A stretch of 64,000 bases of DNA. Source: Candidatus Pacearchaeota archaeon (lineage in GTDB: Archaea; Nanobdellota; Nanobdellia; Pacearchaeales; GW2011-AR1). The stretch is taken from assembly GCA_018221305.1 (NCBI GenBank), contig JAAOYK010000016.1:136-64135 (forward strand). Reading direction: 5' to 3'. Under the pieces are notes generated by a model. That model searched no databases and was not told where the DNA came from. It worked only from the letters and a program-made list of their open reading frames with translations. The translations under genes were made by a program, and so were the position numbers. Shown here piece after piece: positions 9,571-16,542 of the stretch (within the stretch, counting starts at the first letter, position 1; every line of letters begins with the position of its first letter).

Positions 9571-9880
9571 TAAGCATAACTATCATACATTCTTTGCAAA
9601 GTTATCAAATCCTTTACGAATTGATATACTTTCATGCCTTGAAGACGGAGAAAAATCAGTTAGTGAGCTTGTTTCTGAACTAAAGATCGAACAAAGCAAG
9701 TTAAGCCATGCATTAAAAGAATTAAAAGAATGTAATATTGTTCAATCAAAACCAAAAGGTAAAAAACGATTGTATAATTTAAGCCCGACAATTAAGCCAA
9801 TATTAAAGCTTATTGATCATCATAGCACAAGATGGTGCGATTGCAAAGAATGTACTGGATGTGCGGAGATAAAAAAATGA
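9557..9880 (+). CDS. ArsR/SmtB-family metalloregulator with a Cys-rich C-terminal tail
   Basis: wHTH SVSELVSELKIEQSKLSHALKELKECNIV; tail RWCDCKECTGC. The alternative start ATG 9566 would fit a leaderless transcript from the TATA box at 9537. Confidence 0.8.
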   Translation: MVHMNKHNYHTFFAKLSNPLRIDILSCLEDGEKSVSELVSELKIEQSKLSHALKELKECNIVQSKPKGKKRLYNLSPTIKPILKLIDHHSTRWCDCKECTGCAEIKK

Positions 9881-11028
9881 AAAAAATATATCTGGATAAT
9901 GCTGCAACAACACAAGTGGATAAAAGAGTTGTAAAAACAATGGTTCCATATTTTACAGAAAAGTATGGAAATGCAAGCTCGCAACATCTTATCGGACAAG
10001 AAGCGAAACGGGCCATGGAAGAAGCAAGATCGATTATTGCAAGGTCAATCAACGCATCATATGATGAAATATTCTTTACATCAGGAGGAACTGAAGCTAA
10101 TAATTTTGTTTTAAAAGGATTATTTTTTGAAAATAAAAAAACTGACAAGAACCATATAATAACAACCAAAATCGAGCATGATTGTGTATTAAACTCTTGT
10201 AAATGGCTTGAAACACAAGGAGTAAGAGTAACATATTTAGATGTTGATGAAAAAGGTTTTGTTGATCCAAATGAAGTGAAAAAAGCCATAACACCCAAGA
10301 CATTTGTTGTTTCAATAATTCATGGAAACAATGAAATTGGAACTATCCAAGATATTGAAGCTATTGGTAAAATTTGCAAAGAAAAAAATGTTTATTTTCA
10401 TACAGATGCATGTCAAAGTTTTACAAAGACAAAACTTAACGTTAAAAAACAAAATCTTGATTTTGTTACATTGAATGCACACAAGATTCACGGACCAAAA
10501 GGTGTTGGAGCATTATATATTAAAAAGAATACAAAAATTACACCCTTACTTCACGGAGGGGGTCATGAAAAAAATTTACGAAGTGGTACAGAAAATATTC
10601 CAGGAATTATCGGTTTTGCAAAATCAGTAAAAATTGCTAGCATGTTTGATGTAATGCGGATGAACAAATTAAGAGATAAATTAATTATAGGAATTTTACG
10701 CATCCCAGGAACTAAACTTAATGGTGCAACCGGAAATCAAAGATTGTGTAATAATATTAATATTTGTTTTGGAAACATTGAAGGAGAAGCAATTGGAGGT
10801 TATCTTGACACATATGGAATATCTAGTTCAACAGGTAGTGCTTGTTCATCAAATACTCTTGAGATAAGCCACGTATTAAAAGCAATTAAATGTACAGATT
10901 TAGAAGCAAACACATCTATTCGCCTTAGTATTAGTAAATTTACAACAGAAAAAGAAATTAACTATACTTTAGCAGTCATGGCGAAGGTTGTTGAAAAACT
11001 AAGAAAAATAAGTCCAATAAAAATATAA
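9877..11028 (+). CDS. Cysteine desulfurase (NifS/IscS class)
   Basis: MKKIYLDNAATT start in an ATGA overlap with the arsR stop. PLP lysine context LNAHKIHGPKG; active-site loop SSTGSACSS. Confidence 0.9.
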   Translation: MKKIYLDNAATTQVDKRVVKTMVPYFTEKYGNASSQHLIGQEAKRAMEEARSIIARSINASYDEIFFTSGGTEANNFVLKGLFFENKKTDKNHIITTKIEHDCVLNSCKWLETQGVRVTYLDVDEKGFVDPNEVKKAITPKTFVVSIIHGNNEIGTIQDIEAIGKICKEKNVYFHTDACQSFTKTKLNVKKQNLDFVTLNAHKIHGPKGVGALYIKKNTKITPLLHGGGHEKNLRSGTENIPGIIGFAKSVKIASMFDVMRMNKLRDKLIIGILRIPGTKLNGATGNQRLCNNINICFGNIEGEAIGGYLDTYGISSSTGSACSSNTLEISHVLKAIKCTDLEANTSIRLSISKFTTEKEINYTLAVMAKVVEKLRKISPIKI

Positions 11029-11066
11029 TCCATCTTATACAAGTATAAGGAGGTACCTTTAAGAAA

Positions 11067-11189
11067 ATGGTTGACAAATTTGTAGAACATGCCGGAGATT
11101 TTAAGAACGAAGCAGATCTTGCTGAAGAGCTTGAAGATGAAGGGTTAGATATAGATAATGTAGAAGACCTTCACTACGAGGGAGACTAA
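11067..11189 (+). CDS. Small acidic protein (40 aa); not in the ORF track
   Basis: ATG 13 nt after AAGGAGGT. MVDKFVEHAGDFKNEADLAEELEDEGLDIDNVEDLHYEGD. Confidence 0.4.
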   Translation: MVDKFVEHAGDFKNEADLAEELEDEGLDIDNVEDLHYEGD

Positions 11190-11199
11190 GAGTAAAATT

Positions 11200-11421
11200 A
11201 TGAAAAAACAAAGTAAGAACGAAATCAAGAAGACTATGAACTTTCATGAAATAATGCAAGATCATCCAGAAGCAATTGAGATTCTACTAAACAAAGGAAT
11301 GCATTGTATTGGATGCCCTATGGCTATGATGGAAACTTTAGAAGAGGGTGCACTTGCTCACGGATTAAATCCTGATAAGTTAGTTAAAGAAATAAATACT
11401 AAATTAAAATCTAAAAAATGA
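11200..11421 (+). CDS. DUF1858 / hybrid-cluster-protein-associated redox disulfide domain protein
   Basis: GMHCIGCPMAMMETLEEGALAHG signature. Confidence 0.7.
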   Translation: MKKQSKNEIKKTMNFHEIMQDHPEAIEILLNKGMHCIGCPMAMMETLEEGALAHGLNPDKLVKEINTKLKSKK

Positions 11422-11810
11422 TAGAAGGTTATGGGAATCTTGTAATAGAGCATTTTAAAAATCCGAAGAATATGGGGGAAATTAAAAATCCAGACGCAGT
11501 CGGAGAATTAGGAAATCCCACCTGTGGAGATATAATGAAAGTGTTTTTAAAAGTAGAAAAAAACAAATTAGGAGAAGATATAATTAAAGATATAAAATTT
11601 CAAACAATGGGCTGTGTGGCAGCGATTGCTACGTCTTCAATGACCACGGAATTAGTAAAGGGAAAAACACTTAAAGAAGCAAAAAAAATTACTAATATGG
11701 ACGTTGCAAGATCACTTGGTAAACTCCCTCCAATTAAAATGCATTGTTCAAATATGGCAGCTGACGCGCTTCATCAGGCAATTGATAATTATGAAGCAAA
11801 AAATAAATAA
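11418..11810 (+). CDS. iscU: IscU/NifU-N Fe-S cluster scaffold
   Basis: Three conserved Cys contexts: NPTCGD, MGCVAAIATS, IKMHCSNMA. ATGA overlap with the upstream gene. Confidence 0.85.
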   Translation: MIEGYGNLVIEHFKNPKNMGEIKNPDAVGELGNPTCGDIMKVFLKVEKNKLGEDIIKDIKFQTMGCVAAIATSSMTTELVKGKTLKEAKKITNMDVARSLGKLPPIKMHCSNMAADALHQAIDNYEAKNK

Positions 11811-11828
11811 TCAAAAAATATAAAACTT

Positions 11829-11915
11829 AAAACACAAAATGAAAAATAAAAACAATGAAAATGAAATATTTTCAAGCCTTTATTTTTCAAAAAACACAAA
11901 ATGAAAAATAAAAAC
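11829..11915 (+). repeat. Direct duplication of a 25-nt translation-start region, creating a 21-codon upstream ORF
   Basis: AAAACACAAAATGAAAAATAAAAAC occurs at 11829-11853 and 11891-11915. The uORF 11839-11904 (MKNKNNENEIFSSLYFSKNTK) stops in an ATGA overlap with the main ATG at 11901. Confidence 0.6.
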
Positions 11916-12395
11916 GTAGGATTTTTGGTTGTAGGGATTGCAATTGTAATGGGACTTTTAGTATTAGTTTTTAATAATGGAATGAGAGATGTTGTCAATC
12001 AATCATGTAGTCATGGGCCATCATGCTCGATGTGGGGAACAATCAAAACACAGACATGGATTGGTATCACCCTTGTTGGTATAGTTTTAGTTGTAGGGCT
12101 TGTGTTGATATTTACAAAAGAAGAAGAAAGAATTATTGTAAAAATCAAAAAAATTAAAGAAAAGATCAAGAAAAAAAGTAAACCAATAGATTACAGTAAA
12201 CTTGGCAGAGATGAAAAAGTTGTGGTAAAAGTAATTGAGGAGGCAAAAGGCGCTATATTTCAGTCAGATATTGTAGATAAGTCAGAGTTTTCAAAAGTTA
12301 AAGTTACACGTATACTAGATAAGCTAGAAGGACAGGGATTAATTGAGCGTAAACGACGCGGCATGACAAATATGGTAGTTCTTAGCGATAGATGA
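11901..12395 (+). CDS. Membrane-tethered winged-helix DNA-binding protein (2 TM, extracytoplasmic Cx5C loop)
   Basis: TM1, loop SCSHGPSCSMWG, TM2, Lys-rich linker, then wHTH (IFQSDIVDKSEFSKVKVTRILDKLEGQGLIERKRRG). Confidence 0.6.
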   Translation: MKNKNVGFLVVGIAIVMGLLVLVFNNGMRDVVNQSCSHGPSCSMWGTIKTQTWIGITLVGIVLVVGLVLIFTKEEERIIVKIKKIKEKIKKKSKPIDYSKLGRDEKVVVKVIEEAKGAIFQSDIVDKSEFSKVKVTRILDKLEGQGLIERKRRGMTNMVVLSDR

Positions 12396-12829
12396 ACCAA
12401 ATTGAAATTTTAAAAGATGAGCACGAAATTATCGAGCGCGAACTTATTGAACTAGATGAAATTATAGAATCAGAAGATATTAATTATCCAAACCTTTTAC
12501 ATGTCTTAAAAAATTTAATAAAAATCTGGGATCCTCATGAAAAACGTGAAGAAAGTGTTTTTAAAATTCTTGAGAAAGAAAATATAAAAATTCCTGTCGA
12601 ACAAATGTTTTTTGGTCATAAAAAATTAAAAAAGCATAAAGATGCAATCATTAAAGCTATTGAGGCTGGAAGTGATTATAAACTAAAAAAAGCATTGCAT
12701 GAGCATGGAACTGTAATATCAAAAGAATTACGAGAACATATTAATTTTGAGGATGAAATACTCTACACAATCGCATTAGAAGAATTTACACCAGAAGAAT
12801 TAGTACAATTATGTAAAGATGTGGCCTAA
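12392..12829 (+). CDS. Hemerythrin-like (HHE cation-binding) domain protein
   Basis: Spaced H/E ligand pattern: LKDEHEIIEREL, HEKREESVF, HKKLKKHKD, REHINFEDE. ATGA overlap with the upstream gene. Confidence 0.65.
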   Translation: MNQIEILKDEHEIIERELIELDEIIESEDINYPNLLHVLKNLIKIWDPHEKREESVFKILEKENIKIPVEQMFFGHKKLKKHKDAIIKAIEAGSDYKLKKALHEHGTVISKELREHINFEDEILYTIALEEFTPEELVQLCKDVA

Positions 12830-12888
12830 AACCACCAAATATTTAAAGGTGTATATTAACTAATTAAATGTACAAGGAGGCTTAAAAA

Positions 12889-13119
12889 ATGGTTAAAAAA
12901 ATTAAAGTTTATTCAACACCAGAGTGTCCATATTGTAAGATAGCAAAAAAGTTCTTAAAAGAAAATAATGTAGAATTTGAGAATATTGATGTTGAAAAAG
13001 ATCCAAAAGCAGCAGAAGAAATGGTTCAAAAATCTGGACAAATGGGTGTTCCAGTAATTGATATTGACGGTGAAATAATTGTAGGATTTGATAAAGAGAA
13101 GCTTGAAAAGTTAATCTAA
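12889..13119 (+). CDS. Glutaredoxin-like protein (NrdH/YruB type)
   Basis: CPYC active site, 76 aa, GVPVIDIDG cis-Pro region. AAGGAGG 9 nt upstream. Confidence 0.85.
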   Translation: MVKKIKVYSTPECPYCKIAKKFLKENNVEFENIDVEKDPKAAEEMVQKSGQMGVPVIDIDGEIIVGFDKEKLEKLI

Positions 13120-13141
13120 AAAGATTTAAGGAAATTAAACG

Positions 13142-13654
13142 ATGAAAACGAAACATAAATGGTTTATTATTTTTGCAGTCATACTTTTATCTGTTAGTTA
13201 TTATATTGATAACAATGTTTTGAATAAAGAAGACGTTGACAATCAAACTAAAGAAGACATTGATGATTCAACCAAAGAAGCTATTGAGGATCAAACCAAA
13301 GAAGTTATTGAAACAGCAGACTCTGAAATAGAAGATCAAACCAAGGGGTTTATTGAAGAAGTCGACCAAGAAATTCAAACCCTTGAAAGTGCCAGGATCA
13401 TAATTCAAAGCATGCGTTACCGTTCACATAATGTGACTATTGCATTAGGACAATCAGTTATTTGGTATAATGGAGACAGAGCCACTCACACAGTTACAAG
13501 TGATTCAGGTATGGAAATGAATTCTGGCGAGTTGAAAAGTGGTGAAAGATATTCCTATAATTTTACAGAGCCAGGAATTTATACATATCATTGCACTATT
13601 CATCCTCAGATGACTGGAACAGTTAGAGTAAAATCAAAAGATGGCAAACAGTGA
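13142..13654 (+). CDS. Membrane-anchored type-1 copper protein (cupredoxin/plastocyanin-like)
   Basis: Ligand pattern ATHTV...YHCTIHPQM. N-terminal TM and an acidic DQTKE-type tandem peptide repeat. Confidence 0.8.
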   Translation: MKTKHKWFIIFAVILLSVSYYIDNNVLNKEDVDNQTKEDIDDSTKEAIEDQTKEVIETADSEIEDQTKGFIEEVDQEIQTLESARIIIQSMRYRSHNVTIALGQSVIWYNGDRATHTVTSDSGMEMNSGELKSGERYSYNFTEPGIYTYHCTIHPQMTGTVRVKSKDGKQ

Positions 13655-13695
13655 AATTAAAAATTTCAAGCTTACCATTTTAAAAAAACAAAAAG

Positions 13696-14625
13696 ATGGC
13701 AAAAGAAAAAGTTCCTTGTGATGACAAAAGTTATGATGCAATCATTGTTGGAGGAGGGCCTGCAGGAATTACAGCAGCAATATACCTTGCGCGAAGAAAA
13801 TTATGTGTTTTAGTTCTATATGAAAAACTCGGGGGTCAAGCAGCATTAACGGCAGACATTGAAAATTATGCAGGGTTTAAATTCATAACTGGAACAGATT
13901 TTACACAAAAACTCGAAGAACATTTAGAAGAGTATGATATAACAAATAAAGAAACAAAAGTTACAGAAATTAAGCAAACAAAAGAAGGATTTCTTGTAAA
14001 AACAAAAGAAAAACATTTTTTAGGAAAAACAGTCATAATAGGATCTGGTGCACGTCAGAGAAAGCTTAGAGTTCCAGGTGAAGAAGAATATTTAAACAAG
14101 GGTGTTGCATATTGTGCAACATGTGACGCACCATTATTTCGTGGAAAAAATGTAGCAATAATTGGCGGAGGAAATTCAGCCCTGGAAGCAGCAATACAAT
14201 TAGAAAAATATGCAGAAAAAATCTATATAATTACAATAAATAAAGATTTAGAAGGAGAAAAGGTTTTAATTGACAAAGTTAAAAGTTTTAAAAATTCAGA
14301 AATTATCTGTTGCTCAAAAACAAAAGAGATAAAAGGTAAAGTCTTTGTTGAATCAGTGATTATTGAGGATGATAAAAATAAAACTAAAGAAATAAAAGTT
14401 GGCGGAGTATTTGTTGAAATTGGTTATATTCCAAACTCAGAAATTTTTAAAGGTAAAAAAAATGATTACAAAGAAATTATTATTGATTCAAAGAATAAAA
14501 CTTCTATACAAGGAATTTTTGCTGCAGGTGATGTAACAGCGGTTCAAGTTAAGCAGATAATTGTTGCTGCTGGAGAAGGTGCAAAGGCAGCTGTATCATG
14601 TGCAGAATATTTAAACCGACTTTAG
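13696..14625 (+). CDS. trxB: Thioredoxin-disulfide reductase
   Basis: GGGPAG FAD motif, redox-active CATCDA, second GGGNSA NAD(P)H motif, GDV. Confidence 0.9.
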   Translation: MAKEKVPCDDKSYDAIIVGGGPAGITAAIYLARRKLCVLVLYEKLGGQAALTADIENYAGFKFITGTDFTQKLEEHLEEYDITNKETKVTEIKQTKEGFLVKTKEKHFLGKTVIIGSGARQRKLRVPGEEEYLNKGVAYCATCDAPLFRGKNVAIIGGGNSALEAAIQLEKYAEKIYIITINKDLEGEKVLIDKVKSFKNSEIICCSKTKEIKGKVFVESVIIEDDKNKTKEIKVGGVFVEIGYIPNSEIFKGKKNDYKEIIIDSKNKTSIQGIFAAGDVTAVQVKQIIVAAGEGAKAAVSCAEYLNRL

Positions 14626-14630
14626 AAAGG

Positions 14631-14670
14631 AAACATTTATATAGATGTATGAATTAGTATTCATATGAAT
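14631..14670 (+). promoter_or_regulatory. TATA-like box plus palindromic operator, copy 2
   Basis: AAACATTTATATAG followed by TATGAAT-tagt-ATTCATA (14648-14665), ending CATATGAATA as in copy 1. Confidence 0.55.
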
Positions 14671-14676
14671 ATAAAC

Positions 14677-14702
14677 CCATATTAATTAATTGATTAATAT
14701 GG
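14677..14702. promoter_or_regulatory. Perfect 10-bp-arm inverted repeat CCATATTAAT-n6-ATTAATATGG
   Basis: Read directly from the sequence. Lies between operator copy 2 and a second TATA-like AATATATAAA. Could be an operator or a hairpin. Confidence 0.35.
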
Positions 14703-14782
14703 ATACAAAAAATATATAAAGTTTGGGTGCGATATTAATGATAGAGATCATATAGTGTTCTAAAATTTTCAGGGGGTCCAAA

Positions 14783-14899
14783 ATGGATGAAATAAATGAA
14801 AGATGTCCTGGGTGTGGAGAATGGCTATGTCCTTATTGCAATAGATGTAAACATTGTGATACTTGCACATGCAGTGATAAAAATCAAGAGATTTCTTAA
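14783..14899 (+). CDS. Small Cys-rich protein (38 aa, 9 Cys); not in the ORF track
   Basis: ATG after AGGGGGT. MDEINERCPGCGEWLCPYCNRCKHCDTCTCSDKNQEIS. Confidence 0.4.
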   Translation: MDEINERCPGCGEWLCPYCNRCKHCDTCTCSDKNQEIS

Positions 14900-14956
14900 G
14901 TAAAAGTTATTTTAGATTATATTAAAACGCATTGAAATTTTGGAGGTTTAAAGAAA

Positions 14957-15619
14957 ATGGAATATGTAAGCGCAGAACAAATGAGTGATGTTGATGATAT
15001 TGCTATTAATAAATATGGCATAGATATTTATCAATTAATGGAAAATGCTGGAAGAAACCTAGCACGCCTTGTTGCTAGCTTAAATCCAAAAAAAGTTTCA
15101 ATTTTGTACGGAAAAGGAAACAATGGTGCTGACGGGCTTGTAGCTGCGCGCCATTTACTGATTTATGGAATTGATGTTGAAATTATTCCAGCAAGTGAGG
15201 ATAATGGAGAGACTGTTATTCATGAACTTAATATTTTAAAACATCTTGGAATAAGGCCAAAACAAAGAGTAGACCTTAATTCAGATTTAATTATTGACGG
15301 GCTTTTAGGATATAATATCAGAGGAGACCCAAAAGGACGATTTGCAGAATTAATAGAAGCAGCCAATGATTGCAGAAGAAGAGGAGTTACAATTGTTTCA
15401 ATCGATATCCCCTCAGGCATGGACCCGGATAGCGGGAGTAAACATAACCCATGTATTTATGCAGATTATGTACTTACTCTTGCATTACCAAAAAAGGGTT
15501 TAAGATATATGGAAAATGTATATTTGGCAAATATTAGTATACCAAAACAAGTATATAGTGAATTAGGGATTAATATTGAAGATTATTTTAAATATGAGGA
15601 CATAATTCAGATTTGTTAG
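14957..15619 (+). CDS. nnrE: NAD(P)H-hydrate epimerase (YjeF N-terminal domain)
   Basis: GKGNNGADGLVAARHL motif and DGLLG. Confidence 0.8.
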   Translation: MEYVSAEQMSDVDDIAINKYGIDIYQLMENAGRNLARLVASLNPKKVSILYGKGNNGADGLVAARHLLIYGIDVEIIPASEDNGETVIHELNILKHLGIRPKQRVDLNSDLIIDGLLGYNIRGDPKGRFAELIEAANDCRRRGVTIVSIDIPSGMDPDSGSKHNPCIYADYVLTLALPKKGLRYMENVYLANISIPKQVYSELGINIEDYFKYEDIIQIC

Positions 15620-15662
15620 AAATCTTAGCAGATGTAAGGAGGTAAATAAAATAATATAAAAA

Positions 15663-16226
15663 ATGCCAAACATAAACCAAAAGGCTCCGGAATTTAGTGA
15701 GGATGCCTTAATTAATGATGAAATAAAACAAATAAGCTTAGACGATTATGAAGGAAAGTGGGTAATTTTATTTTTTTACCCTGCAGATTTTACATTTGTG
15801 TGCCCTACGGAATTAGGGGAGTTAGCGGACAATTACGAAATAATAAAAGAATTAGGTGCAGAAATTATTAGTGTTAGTACTGATACCGTTTTTGTTCATA
15901 AAGCTTGGAAAGATAGTTCAACAACCATTGCAAAGGTTAAGTTTCCAATGCTTGCAGATCCTGCACGAAGAGTGACACGTGCTTATAACACTTTGATTGA
16001 AAAAGAAGGCTTATCCCTACGTGCAACTTTTTTGATTGACCCGGAAGGGATCATAAAAGCGTTTGAATTTCATAACAACGACATAGGACGAAGCACTAAA
16101 GAAATTATCCGAAAAATTCAGGCAGCCAAATATGTTAATGAACATAAAGGTCATGTTTGTCCGATGAGCTGGATGCCAGGGCAAGAGACACTAAAACCAG
16201 GGCTTGATTTAGTTGGAAAACTTTAG
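15663..16226 (+). CDS. Typical 2-Cys peroxiredoxin (AhpC/Prx1 family)
   Basis: Peroxidatic FVCPTE and C-terminal resolving HVCPMSW. Confidence 0.9.
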   Translation: MPNINQKAPEFSEDALINDEIKQISLDDYEGKWVILFFYPADFTFVCPTELGELADNYEIIKELGAEIISVSTDTVFVHKAWKDSSTTIAKVKFPMLADPARRVTRAYNTLIEKEGLSLRATFLIDPEGIIKAFEFHNNDIGRSTKEIIRKIQAAKYVNEHKGHVCPMSWMPGQETLKPGLDLVGKL

Positions 16227-16238
16227 TTAAATTTTATC

Positions 16239-16254
16239 TTTTTTTTATTTTTTT
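16239..16254 (+). terminator. Oligo-T tract (T8 A T7) after the peroxiredoxin gene
   Basis: The T-run sits 13 nt after the stop, an archaeal-type termination signal. Confidence 0.4.
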
Positions 16255-16290
16255 ATACTTTATAATAATTGTAAGGAGGGTTTCTTAAAA

Positions 16291-16479
16291 ATGGAATACA
16301 CATTATCTTGTGAAGATCTTGGAGTAGATGACGGATTTATAGCGCATGGAAAAACAAAAAGACAAGTTTTACATAGAATGTCAAAACATGCAAAAGATGT
16401 TCATGGCTATACTAAAAAACAGCTAAAAGATCCTAAAACAATAAAAATGATGAATGCACAGATTCATGAAAGTATGTAA
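16291..16479 (+). CDS. DUF1059-like small protein
   Basis: 62 aa. SCEDLGVDDGF...H...H pattern. GTAAGGAGGG upstream. Confidence 0.5.
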   Translation: MEYTLSCEDLGVDDGFIAHGKTKRQVLHRMSKHAKDVHGYTKKQLKDPKTIKMMNAQIHESM

Positions 16480-16542
16480 AAATTTTCAATTCTCAGGTTT
16501 ACTATTGAATAGTTTTATTAATGAATAATCCTTTAATGATTA

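Noticed and set aside
9832-9876. N-terminal extensions proposed by the ORF track. Examples: 9832 for the cysteine desulfurase, 42466 for nrdR, 41144 for the 40740 gene, 56608 for DUF2779, 31490 for copZ, 49387 for thyA, and TTG/GTG starts at 8467, 4343, 3763 and 59631.
   Set aside because: Internal ATGs give canonical family N-termini, proper SD spacing or ATGA coupling. The extensions overlap upstream genes or operators.
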